64,000 nucleotides of DNA from an uncultured Bacteroidales bacterium (lineage in GTDB: Bacteria; Bacteroidota; Bacteroidia; Bacteroidales; DTU049), in the NCBI GenBank assembly GCA_964526285.1, contig CAZGIW010000003.1:8468-72467 (forward strand), in the 5' to 3' direction. Both the position numbers and the translations under genes were made by a program. Below the pieces are notes generated by a model. The model worked only from the letters and a program-made list of their open reading frames with translations, was not told the DNA's origin and did no database searches. Of the stretch, positions 47,993-57,362 are shown piece by piece (the first letter of the stretch is position 1; each line of letters starts with the position of its first letter).

Positions 47993-48448
47993 ATGAGTCA
48001 TCTAAAAGAGGGTCAAAAAGCCCCCGATTTCAAAATCGGAGAAAACACACTAAAGAATTTTGCAGGAAAAAAAGTAATTTTATATTTTTATCCAAAGGAT
48101 AACACATCAGGCTGCACTGCACAGGCGTGTAACCTGCGTGACAATTTTTCGGAACTAAAAAAGATGGGGTTTGAAGTCATCGGAGTTAGCCCTGACAGTG
48201 AGAAATCACACACAGGCTTCAAGAGTAAACACGAACTTCCCTTCGGGCTCATTGCAGACACAGAAAAAAAACTGCTTGAAGCCTATGGCGCATGGGGAGA
48301 AAAAAAACTTTATGGTAGAGTGTATATGGGAGTTATCAGAACAACTTTTATTATTGATGAGAAAGGAATGATTGAAAAAATTATTCGTAAAGTGGATACA
48401 AAAAACCATTCTGCCCAGATAATGAAGGAGCTGGGGATAGAATTGTAA
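47993..48448 (+). CDS. bcp: Thioredoxin-dependent thiol peroxidase (Bcp peroxiredoxin).
   Basis: It has YFYPKDNTSGCTAQAC and is 151 aa. Confidence 0.85.
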   Translation: MSHLKEGQKAPDFKIGENTLKNFAGKKVILYFYPKDNTSGCTAQACNLRDNFSELKKMGFEVIGVSPDSEKSHTGFKSKHELPFGLIADTEKKLLEAYGAWGEKKLYGRVYMGVIRTTFIIDEKGMIEKIIRKVDTKNHSAQIMKELGIEL

Positions 48449-48530
48449 AATTGCTGAACATTTAAGGTTTTTTTCAAACCGTTTTGAAGAAAAAGGTGGA
48501 AAATACTGATGCAAGCGAAATGAAGTTAGC

Positions 48531-48583
48531 ATAAAATGACGGTATGATTGGAGTAAATTTGTAACAAAGTGACGGTATGTTTT
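48531..48583. repeat. Left copy of the ~53-bp direct repeat flanking the ATPase gene (two ~33-bp units).
   Basis: ATAAAATGACGGTATGATTGGAGTAAATTTGTAACAAAGTGACGGTATGTTTT matches 49997-50049 with about 5 mismatches. Confidence 0.8.
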
Positions 48584-48589
48584 AGGTTC

Positions 48590-49936
48590 TTATATGTACT
48601 TATCAATAAGAGAATTTAAAATTGAAGTGTAGTAAAAGGGAATGTTCAGCAACCTGAAATTTTTACCATCATGAGTTTCAATATCATCAACCGATAATTC
48701 ATTTTGCCATATTCTAACAGCAAAATTGTGTGATGCAGCATTCATATATAAATGCAGAGATTTCATTTTTGATGCATATCCACTTTTCACTTCAACAGGA
48801 ATGAGCAAAGAATTGTATGGAATAACAAAATCTATTTCGGCATCACTGCCCTGTGCGTCACGCCTCCAGTATATTCTTTCTGCAAGAACAGATTCGTTCA
48901 TACAAATCAATTCCTGTCCAACAATATGCTCAGCTATACGTCCCCGCCATAAGTCGCTCAGCTCTTTTACAAAAAACACTTCGGTTTGGATTTGAGAAAA
49001 ATAGTTTACCAAACCGGTGTCAAGCCAGAATAGTTTTGGCCTTTTGCGGTAGTTTTGAATAGCAGGAATTTCTGTGCTTGCAACGGGATATACCAGCTCA
49101 AGCAAAAATGCTTTTTGCAATGTTCTCAGTGCATTTCCCACATCTCTTGATCTGAATTGTGACCCTGCAAAACCTTCAAATGTTATGGTTTCGGCTGCCT
49201 TTTTCCATCCGGCTTTGAGACAATGCCTGATGATGTTTATTTCAGTATCATTGGATGCATACTTTTCAGCATCATCAATATATCCGGCAAGCAACGATTC
49301 ATATATTTTTGAAATTGAAAGCACATCGCGTTTTTTTGAATATTGCGAAACTGCTTCGGGCATGCCACCCACCAGAGCATAATCTCTGAATAGTTGCATA
49401 ACACGCTCATGCACAGGCTCTGCCTGGGCGTTTTCAACCAGATTTTTGTCAAATCTTTCTCCGATACCATCCAAAAATTCAGTAAAACTGCATGGGCGAA
49501 GCGGATAATACTCAACCCTTCCCACAGGAAAAGAAATTTTGTGCTGATTGAGCAATGATTCAAGCAGAGAACCAGCAACGATTACATGGATATGAGGTGC
49601 TTCTTCATAAAAATAACGAAGCATTGCCAGAGCCTTTCCGTTGTTTTGAATTTCGTCAATAAACAGAAGAGTTGAACCGGATGAAATTTCTTTTTGATTG
49701 TAAAAATAGATAGCTTTCAGAAGCTCAGATATGGAATGGTAGTTGTCAAAAAGACTGCTATCATGTTCTTTTTCAAGATTGAGTTTTAAATACACATCAA
49801 AATCAGCAGAAAACATTTCCACAAGAGTTGACTTTCCAACCTGGCGTGCACCTCTTAAAACCAGAGGTTTTCTTTTGGATTTGTTTTTCCATTTTTTTAA
49901 ATAAGCCAGAGCATTTCGATGTATCATTTTTTTCAT
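48590..49936 (-). CDS. AAA-family ATPase of the AAA_14 + DUF4143 type.
   Basis: It has Walker A RGARQVGKSTL and Walker B LLFIDEIQ. The C-terminal region is typical of DUF4143 proteins (assignment from memory). I set the start to the ATG at 49936 because the track start at 49948 is a TTG lying inside a -7-box-like TATCTTTG. Confidence 0.7.
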   Translation of the reverse strand: MKKMIHRNALAYLKKWKNKSKRKPLVLRGARQVGKSTLVEMFSADFDVYLKLNLEKEHDSSLFDNYHSISELLKAIYFYNQKEISSGSTLLFIDEIQNNGKALAMLRYFYEEAPHIHVIVAGSLLESLLNQHKISFPVGRVEYYPLRPCSFTEFLDGIGERFDKNLVENAQAEPVHERVMQLFRDYALVGGMPEAVSQYSKKRDVLSISKIYESLLAGYIDDAEKYASNDTEINIIRHCLKAGWKKAAETITFEGFAGSQFRSRDVGNALRTLQKAFLLELVYPVASTEIPAIQNYRKRPKLFWLDTGLVNYFSQIQTEVFFVKELSDLWRGRIAEHIVGQELICMNESVLAERIYWRRDAQGSDAEIDFVIPYNSLLIPVEVKSGYASKMKSLHLYMNAASHNFAVRIWQNELSVDDIETHDGKNFRLLNIPFYYTSILNSLIDKYI

Positions 49937-49960
49937 AATATCCCACAAAGATACAAAAAA

Positions 49961-50049
49961 ATCACAAAGTGACGGTATAAAACAAATTTATTTGTAATAA
50001 AATGACGGTATGTTTGGGATATATTTGTAACAAAGTGACGGTATGTTGT
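49961..50049. repeat. Right-hand array of three ~33-bp units (consensus ATTTGTAAYAAARTGACGGTATG); the last two units form the right direct repeat.
   Basis: RTGACGGTAT occurs at 49969, 50002 and 50035. The same unit occurs twice at 48531-48583. Confidence 0.8.
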
Positions 50050-50104
50050 TGATTTTTTGGTGTAATTCTTTGTTTTTCCCAAAGGGATCACTAAGTGAGG
50101 TGTT

Positions 50105-50591
50105 TTGGTGGCAGAAAAGTTCGGAAATTTAGCCACGGAAGCACTAAAACACCAAAATCCACAGAATTGTTCTTTGGTGAAATTCTGTGTTTCAGTGTTT
50201 TGGTGGCAGATAAAAACCGTTAACTTTGCCACTAAGACTCATTCCGAAGGAATCCCGATGGAAAAGGCACTAAGTTTCACTAAGGAATTATCGTGCTTAG
50301 TACTTCTTTGTGCCCTTGTGACTTGGTGGCAGAAATTTCCGCAAACTTAGCCACAGAATCACAAAAACTCCAAAACTCACAGAAATGATTTTTTAGTGAA
50401 ATTCTGTGTTTCAGTGTTTTGGTGGCAGAAAAAAACCGTTAACTTTGCCACTAAGACTCTAAGGCACTAAGTTTCACTAAGGAATTATCGTGCTTAGTAC
50501 TTCTTTGTGCGATTGTGTACTGGTGGCAGAAAGTCCGCAAGTCCAGCCACAGAAACACAAAAACTCCAAAATTCACAGAAATGTTCTTTGG
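50105..50591. repeat. Nested tandem repeat: ~2.4 copies of a ~197-218-bp unit, each containing two ~100-bp sub-repeats.
   Basis: Units start at 50105, 50323 and 50521 with TTGGTGGCAGAAA. The block GTGAAATTCTGTGTTTCAGTGTTTTGGTGGCAGA.AAAAACCGTTAACTTTGCCACTAAGACTC...AAGGCACTAAGTTTCACTAAGGAATTATCGTGCTTAGTACTTCTTTGTGC is almost identical in units 1 and 2. Unit 1 carries an extra ~23-bp insert. Confidence 0.85.
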
Positions 50592-50643
50592 TTGTAGCTG
50601 CCCGGCACATTCTATCTTTATAAGCCACAAATTCACCAATAAA

Positions 50644-50796
50644 CACGAATAATCTCGTTGATTCTGCAAAAGCCATCACACTGTTTCAAATTCAGAAAAA
50701 TGAAAGCAAGCTTTCTTTCCCGGAATTTGGAACAGCGTGATAACAAATCTGAGGGCTCAGATTTGTTATGTATTCAATGGCTTTTGCAGAAAAAAG
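50644..50796. repeat. Dispersed ~150-bp structured element, copy 2. Copy 1 is at 26576-26725.
   Basis: A perfect 15-bp closing stem (50662-50676 / 50777-50791) encloses the hairpins 50682-93/50723-34 and 50741-50768. The track translations of the two copies share ILQKPSHCFKFRKMKASFL. Confidence 0.8.
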
Positions 50797-51157
50797 TTCT
50801 TACGAATCAAGCTCTGATAATTTATCGTTGTGATTTGTGTATGTTCGAATTTTTGCAATACAAAAGGCGATGTTTGTTTTGGAGTAATTGCGACGAGAGG
50901 TATTCTCAGGAGCAATTGCCACAAAACAAATCAAAATCAACACCGTTGATTTTGATGCTAAACATAAGCCTTTTGTATTGATTAGCGCAACATATTCGTG
51001 TAAATTCGGGTATTAGTGGCTAAAAAATGCCGAATATTGATTCATCAATACCGTTAATTTGTTCATCAGCACCTTTTGTCGTGAATTTGTTTTTTCTTAA
51101 CAGTTTGTTTCATGCCGTGGTATCAATAATTCATACCTTCGCAAAAAAAAATTATGC

Positions 51158-54100
51158 ATGATGAATTTAAAAAACAAGCTGTTAACATGCTTTTTTTCTG
51201 CACTGTTTTTGCAACTTGTATGCTCTCATGCACAAATTACAGTAAAACCTCTGCAAATAAAAGACTTTCAACCAACACAACTTATGCTGCAAATTGTTCA
51301 TAATCAGGCAAATCTTCATCTGTATGATGTGTTCCCTTCAAGACATAACAAAACAGTCAAATTTGCTTTTCTCATAGAACCAGGAATTGTTGAAATTATT
51401 ACTGCTGATAATGTCTCTTTCAATCAATTAACACCAATTTATCTTGCCGAGATTAACTATAATGAATTTGACAAAGCCACCGGTACTTTTGCTTTAATAA
51501 ACAAAACAATTGTCAATCCCCGGATGGTAAGCGGAAAACGTATCGTTGATATTGAAAATTATTCCGATTCTACAAACTATATGATTTGTGCCGGTGATGA
51601 AAATACTCCTGTTACATTGCACCCGGCCATTGGAGGGATTATTGACACTCACTATAATGCATTTGATGAAGAAAACTTCGGAGTGCGCTTCAATAAAAAT
51701 TCAGCTGTGTTCAAATTCTGGTCGCCACCCGCAGCCAAAGTAGAACTGCTGCTTTATTTGCCCGACGGAACTCCACTGGCCAGTTCAGATTCCATTTTGC
51801 TCTCAAAAGGAGAAAAGGGTGTTTGGACTACGCAGCTCAATGCAAACAACGAAAATGGCTCCGACATTGAGGGTCTTATTTATCAGTATCGGGTGTTTGC
51901 CTACGGCCAGACTTATATTGCCCTTGATCCCTTTGCTTTTTCCATGGCAGAATTTAATCCGGCTGGTGAAGATAAAATCGGAAAAGGGGTCATTGTGAAA
52001 ATGGATGCAAAGCAGTCAAAACCTGAAGGTTTTGAAAAAAATTATTCCAATACTCACGCAATGGCCAACCATAACGACCTGATTGCATGGGAAATACATG
52101 TGCGCGACTTTACCTCACAGCCAGGATTGGTCAGTCCTGAAATTGCAGGCACATATAACGCATTTGCTGAAAAATCAATCTACCTGAAAAATCTTGGAGT
52201 AACTCACGCCCAACTATTGCCTGTGATGAATTTTTATACAGTGAATGAACAGGACAGAAGCTTTTCAGGAAGAGAAACAGAAAAGATAAATTACAACTGG
52301 GGATACGATCCGCACAATTTTTTCACTCCTGAGGGATGGTTTTCAACTGATCCTTCAGATCCATATGCAAGAATCAGAGAACTGAGAGGTTTAATACAAT
52401 CATTTCACAATCAGAATGTTGGAGTAATTATGGATGTGGTCTTCAATCACACACATATTGTACAAACATTTGAAAATGCAGCTCCCGGATGCTACTATCG
52501 TTTTGATGAAAATATGAAAATATCAGGTCACAGCGGTGCCGGCCCCTCTCTTGAAACACGCCGCCCAATGGTTCGCAAACTCATCATTGAATCATTGCTG
52601 CATTTTATCAATGAATATCATGTTGATGGATTCAGGTTTGACCTTATGGGATTTATGGACCATGAAACCATGTTGATGATACGTGACATTTGCGGACAGG
52701 CATACGACAGCAACAATACGGATGCTCTGATTTTGCAGGGAGAAGGCTGGTTGTTTTCTGACCTTGATACTTCTGCAAATGCACAGGGAAAGGATGCGGC
52801 AACCACCAAACTGAATTATCCTGCCGAACTTGTAAATCTGGGAATTTTCAACGATGTGGCACGCGACGCCATAGCGGGAAAACCTGAGATTTTAGGTTTT
52901 GTATTGAACAACAATGAGTTACATCCAAAGGTGGTAAGTGTAATTGTGGGGGGGCTGAAGAATTTCAATCCCGGAGCAGTGCCCTTCAACAACGAATGTT
53001 TTGGAGATTCAAATTCCTTTTTTGCCAACAGCATTTCAAATTGCCTTAATTTTCTCAGTGTGCATGATGGCTTCACTCTTTGGGACAAGCTGAATCTGAT
53101 GATGCCCGGAACAACAGAGGAAGAACGTGCACTTGTTATGCGCATGGCGTCACTGGTTTTATTTACTTCGGCAGGAAAAATCATTTTGCATGGTGGAGAC
53201 GAGATTCTCCGCACCAAACCCCTGGCTGATTTTGACAGAGAAAAGTCAAGAGCACACACTGCAGAAGGGGTTCAACCCATGGATGGTGTTGTGTTTTTTC
53301 ATGAAAACTCATACAGCTCTCCCGATTTTACCAATATGATACGTTGGGACAAAATGAGGGGAGAAGAAAACACAATTGCACAGCAGATGCATGAGTATTA
53401 CAGGGGTTTGATTATGATGCGCCGTTCATTGCCGGCTTTCAGAAGTGAGCCAGCAGAAACGGGATTAAGATTTCTCACTTCACACAAAAAAATCAAAGAT
53501 GAAATGCCTGCGGTTTTCAGTGATTTTTCTGACCCTGCGTTGAAGTCGCTTACAATACGCTTTATTAACGGTCCGGAAGGTGAAGTATATTATGTGGCAG
53601 GAGAAATTCACCGGAAAGGTGTCCGCGACAATCCTGTGGAAAATCCTTATTATGTGCATTTTGACAAAAAGGGGAAAGCCGAAATCACCTTTGATGAAAA
53701 AGCAGTCAGAGAATTTGACCTGCAAAAGTGGGACAATCCCCAAAGACTTGAAATTAAGCTGGTTAAGCATATGGGAGCCTGGGAAACAATTGATAAGGCA
53801 TACTCAGCCACCGGCAACAATTCCATTGATATTCGTTGTGTTGATGAGCATGGTGTTGTCACCATTGATTTGGGGGAGAAGGATTTTGCTGCAGTCCCAA
53901 AAAATTATGAATACGACCCATTTATTGCTTACATAATGGACAACAACCCTGATTTGCCTTCAGCATCAGGGTATGAAAATGCCGCATTTAATAAGATTCT
54001 GGTTGTGCACAATCCTTCGGATAAGGAAATTCAGCTTGAAGTTGATGAACTTTCAGATATCAGACAATGGTTTGTGATTGCAGATGCATATAGCGCAGGA

Positions 54101-54214
54101 ATTAGTCCATTGGAATATTCACCTAGGCAGGAAAGCGGAAAAACACAGGTTCAGCTCGAAAAAGGGAAAATTATTGTGCCATCAAAAAACAGTGCTGTGG
54201 TTGTGAGGATGTAA
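51158..54214 (+). CDS. GH13 pullulanase-type debranching enzyme (secreted, 1018 aa).
   Basis: It has a signal peptide and the GH13 conserved regions YNWGYDPHNFFTPEG, DVVFNHT, GFRFDLMG, GEGW and LSVHDG. Confidence 0.8.
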   Translation: MMNLKNKLLTCFFSALFLQLVCSHAQITVKPLQIKDFQPTQLMLQIVHNQANLHLYDVFPSRHNKTVKFAFLIEPGIVEIITADNVSFNQLTPIYLAEINYNEFDKATGTFALINKTIVNPRMVSGKRIVDIENYSDSTNYMICAGDENTPVTLHPAIGGIIDTHYNAFDEENFGVRFNKNSAVFKFWSPPAAKVELLLYLPDGTPLASSDSILLSKGEKGVWTTQLNANNENGSDIEGLIYQYRVFAYGQTYIALDPFAFSMAEFNPAGEDKIGKGVIVKMDAKQSKPEGFEKNYSNTHAMANHNDLIAWEIHVRDFTSQPGLVSPEIAGTYNAFAEKSIYLKNLGVTHAQLLPVMNFYTVNEQDRSFSGRETEKINYNWGYDPHNFFTPEGWFSTDPSDPYARIRELRGLIQSFHNQNVGVIMDVVFNHTHIVQTFENAAPGCYYRFDENMKISGHSGAGPSLETRRPMVRKLIIESLLHFINEYHVDGFRFDLMGFMDHETMLMIRDICGQAYDSNNTDALILQGEGWLFSDLDTSANAQGKDAATTKLNYPAELVNLGIFNDVARDAIAGKPEILGFVLNNNELHPKVVSVIVGGLKNFNPGAVPFNNECFGDSNSFFANSISNCLNFLSVHDGFTLWDKLNLMMPGTTEEERALVMRMASLVLFTSAGKIILHGGDEILRTKPLADFDREKSRAHTAEGVQPMDGVVFFHENSYSSPDFTNMIRWDKMRGEENTIAQQMHEYYRGLIMMRRSLPAFRSEPAETGLRFLTSHKKIKDEMPAVFSDFSDPALKSLTIRFINGPEGEVYYVAGEIHRKGVRDNPVENPYYVHFDKKGKAEITFDEKAVREFDLQKWDNPQRLEIKLVKHMGAWETIDKAYSATGNNSIDIRCVDEHGVVTIDLGEKDFAAVPKNYEYDPFIAYIMDNNPDLPSASGYENAAFNKILVVHNPSDKEIQLEVDELSDIRQWFVIADAYSAGISPLEYSPRQESGKTQVQLEKGKIIVPSKNSAVVVRM

Positions 54215-54262
54215 GTTTGTGAACGAATAACTATATCATTTAAACAAAAAAAAACATCCATA

Positions 54263-55408
54263 TCACTCCTCTGTTATAAACTTCAGCAAAAGTTCATAAT
54301 CATTAACGCTCAGTTCATGTTCATAGCCTGAGATTTCATTTTTTTTCAGTTGTTCAACAATCTTGGTTTTATCGAAACTTTCAATTCCCAGTTGCTGAAT
54401 TCGGGTGGGACAATTGAACGATTCAAACATTTGCTCGGTTTTACGGATAATATCTCTGTGAACTCCTGTTCCAAAAACCAGCACACCAAATCTGGAAATT
54501 CTTTCGGGAATCCGGTCTGACATGAGTCTGAGCCATGCCGGATATACAACAGAAAGTGTGGCACCGTGAGGAATATCATAAACAAACGACAATTCGTGTC
54601 CTATTCCGTGCACACCCCAATCACCCGATGTTCTGCCGTAGGCTGTGAGGTTGTTCAATGCCATAGTGGCTGCATACATGATTCTTGCACGCAATTCATA
54701 ATTGTGAAGGTCGTTGAGCAAAGCCGGACCTGCAATAATTGCTTCCTGTATGATTGATGCCACAAACCGGTCAGACAACGGGGCATCTCCACCACCAAAA
54801 AAAGCTTCCATGGCATGTGCACAAAGGTCAGTAACTCCATACCCTGTTTGCTGTTCTGACACCGAAAATGTGTATGCAGGATCGAGAAAGGACATGACAG
54901 GATACACGTGCGGACTTACAAAAGAACCCTTCATCCCGGCCTCATGATTTTGCACCACAGCAAAACTGTTCATTTCACTGCCAGTTGCTGCAAGAGTGAG
55001 TACTGCAAAAATTGGGAGAGCTGAAGTTGGTTTAAAATTTCCTGTAAACAACTCCCACGGGTCTATATCAAAAGGTGCTGCCGCTGCTATGGCCTTGGCC
55101 GAATCAATAACACTTCCGCCTCCCACAGCAACAATGGCCTGCAAATGATGCTGTTTCACCAATTCAACAGCTTCACGCACATGATCAATGACAGGATTAG
55201 GTTTTATTCCCGAATATTCAATCCAATCAACTCCGGCTGTTTTGAGTTGTGAGGTGACATCATCATATACCCCGTTTTGTTTAACAGAGCCTTTGCCATA
55301 GAGTAGCAATACTTTATGAATATGAACGGGAAAGTTTTTTGCAAGTTTTTCCACCGAATTTTTCCCGAAAAACACTTTGGTGGGGTTGTAGATAACGAAG
55401 TTTTCCAT
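54263..55408 (-). CDS. Iron-containing (group III) alcohol dehydrogenase, YqhD/butanol-dehydrogenase-like.
   Basis: It has AVGGGSVIDSAKAIA, the metal-binding His contexts (HAMEAF, HGIGHELS) and is 381 aa. Confidence 0.8.
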   Translation of the reverse strand: MENFVIYNPTKVFFGKNSVEKLAKNFPVHIHKVLLLYGKGSVKQNGVYDDVTSQLKTAGVDWIEYSGIKPNPVIDHVREAVELVKQHHLQAIVAVGGGSVIDSAKAIAAAAPFDIDPWELFTGNFKPTSALPIFAVLTLAATGSEMNSFAVVQNHEAGMKGSFVSPHVYPVMSFLDPAYTFSVSEQQTGYGVTDLCAHAMEAFFGGGDAPLSDRFVASIIQEAIIAGPALLNDLHNYELRARIMYAATMALNNLTAYGRTSGDWGVHGIGHELSFVYDIPHGATLSVVYPAWLRLMSDRIPERISRFGVLVFGTGVHRDIIRKTEQMFESFNCPTRIQQLGIESFDKTKIVEQLKKNEISGYEHELSVNDYELLLKFITEE

Positions 55409-55457
55409 AGTTGTCTGAAAGTTTTTTACAAAAATACAAAATCGACCTGAATTAATT

Positions 55458-56585
55458 TCAAATCATCAGGTCGGAGGCAATGCCATCAGCCCAGAGCTTT
55501 CCACTGACAGAAAGATAGTATATTGAATTAATGGACACAATATGCTCATTGTCAATGTGTTTTTTAATATGAGTTAAAACATGTGCAGCATATTTCTGAC
55601 CAAATCTTTTTTGAATGGTTTCAAGGCACATTCCTTCACTTGTTCTCAGAGAAAGCATAACATATTCATTATATTGCTGAGTAATGGACAGAATTTCAGT
55701 TTCTCTAACCGGAGTTTGACATTCCATGTCCGAAATATAATCCACAACCGATGATGTGTTCCAGAATCTTGTTTTTAAATCAAATGAATGTGCTCCAGTT
55801 CCTAGTCCAAGATAGGGTTTGTTTTTCCAATAATTTGAATTATGCAACGAGCGGTATCCTTTTTTTGCAAAATTTGAAATTTCATAGTGCTCATAACCGG
55901 CTTCTTTCAGTAACTTCATGTAGAATACAAATTGTTCATTTGACAGGTTTTCATCAGGAGGCAACATCTTTCCTTTTTGAACCTGGTTGAACAGTATGGA
56001 GTTTTCCTCCATGGTCAGACTATAGGCTGAAATATGTTCCACATTAAACCGAATAGCTTGCCCAATATTGTATGCAGGGTTCTTTGAGAATTTTGCAGGA
56101 AGTCCATAGATAAAATCAATGCTGATATTGTCAAACCCTGCATCTCTGGCAATCAGTATCGACTCCACGCTTTTTGATGCATCATGTCTGCGTCCCAGAT
56201 ATAAAAGTTCATCATCATGAAAAGACTGAACTCCAATACTAAGACGATTTATTCCGGTTTTTCGGAGTTGGCTCAGATAAAGCTCATTAACATCATCGGG
56301 GTTTATTTCAAGTGTTATCTCTGCATCCTGTTTCACTAAAAAATGTTTGTGCAGATTTTGAAGGATTGATTCAATTTGTGAAGCATTCAGAAGAGATGGT
56401 GTGCCCCCGCCAAAATACACAGTTTGCAAAGGAGTTTCGGGCTGGTAAAAATCTTTTTGCAAAAGTATTTCTTTCTGAAGTGCTCTGACATATTCATCTC
56501 TGAATTTTACTGATGCCATGGAAATAAAATTGCAGTAATGGCATTTGCTCTTGCAAAAAGGAATATGAATGTATATGCCAGACAT
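55458..56585 (-). CDS. hemW: Radical SAM heme chaperone HemW (HemN-like, oxygen-independent coproporphyrinogen oxidase family).
   Basis: It has IHIPFCKSKCHYCNF (CxxxCxxC), YFGGGTPS and is 375 aa. Confidence 0.85.
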   Translation of the reverse strand: MSGIYIHIPFCKSKCHYCNFISMASVKFRDEYVRALQKEILLQKDFYQPETPLQTVYFGGGTPSLLNASQIESILQNLHKHFLVKQDAEITLEINPDDVNELYLSQLRKTGINRLSIGVQSFHDDELLYLGRRHDASKSVESILIARDAGFDNISIDFIYGLPAKFSKNPAYNIGQAIRFNVEHISAYSLTMEENSILFNQVQKGKMLPPDENLSNEQFVFYMKLLKEAGYEHYEISNFAKKGYRSLHNSNYWKNKPYLGLGTGAHSFDLKTRFWNTSSVVDYISDMECQTPVRETEILSITQQYNEYVMLSLRTSEGMCLETIQKRFGQKYAAHVLTHIKKHIDNEHIVSINSIYYLSVSGKLWADGIASDLMI

Positions 56586-56686
56586 TATGAAAAAGATTAG
56601 TTACAGCATCGAAGATATGGATTTTTTTGATTCCTGAACATTTTTTTACTATCATTGTGAACATAATCCATTTGGGATTTTTGGAT

Positions 56687-56694
56687 TAACTTTG
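56687..56694 (+). promoter_or_regulatory. -7 promoter box (TAnnTTTG).
   Basis: TAACTTTG lies 23 nt upstream of the cysC ATG. Confidence 0.45.
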
Positions 56695-56717
56695 CAAAAT
56701 CTTTTACACCTCTATTA

Positions 56718-57362
56718 ATGATAACACGCAAAAAATACTCAAAAGACCACTCTCTCTGGACTGATTTCAACAGCTTTATACGTCGTAACAGAAGTCGTTT
56801 TCTGGTAAAACAACGACCCGTTGTTATTTGGCTTACCGGATTATCCGGTGCAGGAAAAACAACAATTGCAGAATCGCTTAATGCAGCAATTTTAAGAAAA
56901 GGGTATTTTACTAAACATTTTGACGGAGATGAAATAAGAAAGGGCATTAACAGTGATTTGGGATTTTCGGAAGAAGACCGTAAAGAAAATATCCGACGTA
57001 TTGCGGAATTATCTAAACTGTTTCTTGACAGCGGTCTGGTAATTATTTGTAGTTTTATCAGCCCTACTAAAGAAATCAGGCAAATGGCAAAAGATATTGT
57101 AGGTAAAGAACGTTTTGTTGAGGTGTTTATCAATGCTCCTATTGAGGTTTGCGAGCAGCGTGACCCCAAAGGACTTTACAAAATGGCACGTGCAGGCTTG
57201 CTGAAAGGATTTACGGGTATTGATTCTCCCTATGAGTCACCTGAAAATCCTGATATTGAAATAAGAACTGATTTGTGGGACATTCCAACGTCCACAAAAT
57301 ATTTAATGAGAAAAGTATTACGAAAAATAAAATTCAGACAAGGATGGTTGCTTACAAGATGA
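56718..57362 (+). CDS. cysC: Adenylyl-sulfate (APS) kinase.
   Basis: It has IWLTGLSGAGKTTIA, DGDEIRKGINSDLGFSEEDRKENIRR and FISP. Confidence 0.85.
   Translation: MITRKKYSKDHSLWTDFNSFIRRNRSRFLVKQRPVVIWLTGLSGAGKTTIAESLNAAILRKGYFTKHFDGDEIRKGINSDLGFSEEDRKENIRRIAELSKLFLDSGLVIICSFISPTKEIRQMAKDIVGKERFVEVFINAPIEVCEQRDPKGLYKMARAGLLKGFTGIDSPYESPENPDIEIRTDLWDIPTSTKYLMRKVLRKIKFRQGWLLTR

Noticed and set aside
49933-50232. A 99-aa minus-strand ORF across the 33-bp repeat array.
   Set aside because: Its translation is a repeat artefact (…RHFVTNISQTYRHFITNKFVLYRHFV…) that reflects the tandem GACGGTAT units, and it has no start context.
49961-50591. I considered a CRISPR array because many short direct repeats occur in a non-coding stretch.
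   Set aside because: The repeat spacing is irregular (about 33 bp, then about 95-123 bp). The supposed spacers are themselves repeated between units. I see no cas genes or leader-like structure anywhere in the window. The pattern fits tandem or REP-like repeats instead.
50658-50981. The track ORFs at 50658-50981 and 26488-26709 share the peptide ILQKPSHCFKFRKMKASFL, which could suggest a small conserved protein.
   Set aside because: The shared peptide comes from the ~150-bp dispersed element. Its differences are compensatory stem changes rather than synonymous-type changes. The ORFs diverge completely outside the repeat and have no start context, so a structured DNA or RNA element is the better explanation.
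52816-53259. A 147-aa minus-strand ORF inside the pullulanase gene. The same reasoning applies to the other internal ORFs at 52618-52809, 53480-53770 and 53580-53936.
   Set aside because: It is nested in or antisense to a GH13 gene whose conserved regions are all intact, and nothing independently supports it.
56597-57169. A 190-aa minus-strand ORF.
   Set aside because: It lies entirely antisense to the well-supported cysC gene, and its product is low-complexity with no recognisable motifs.
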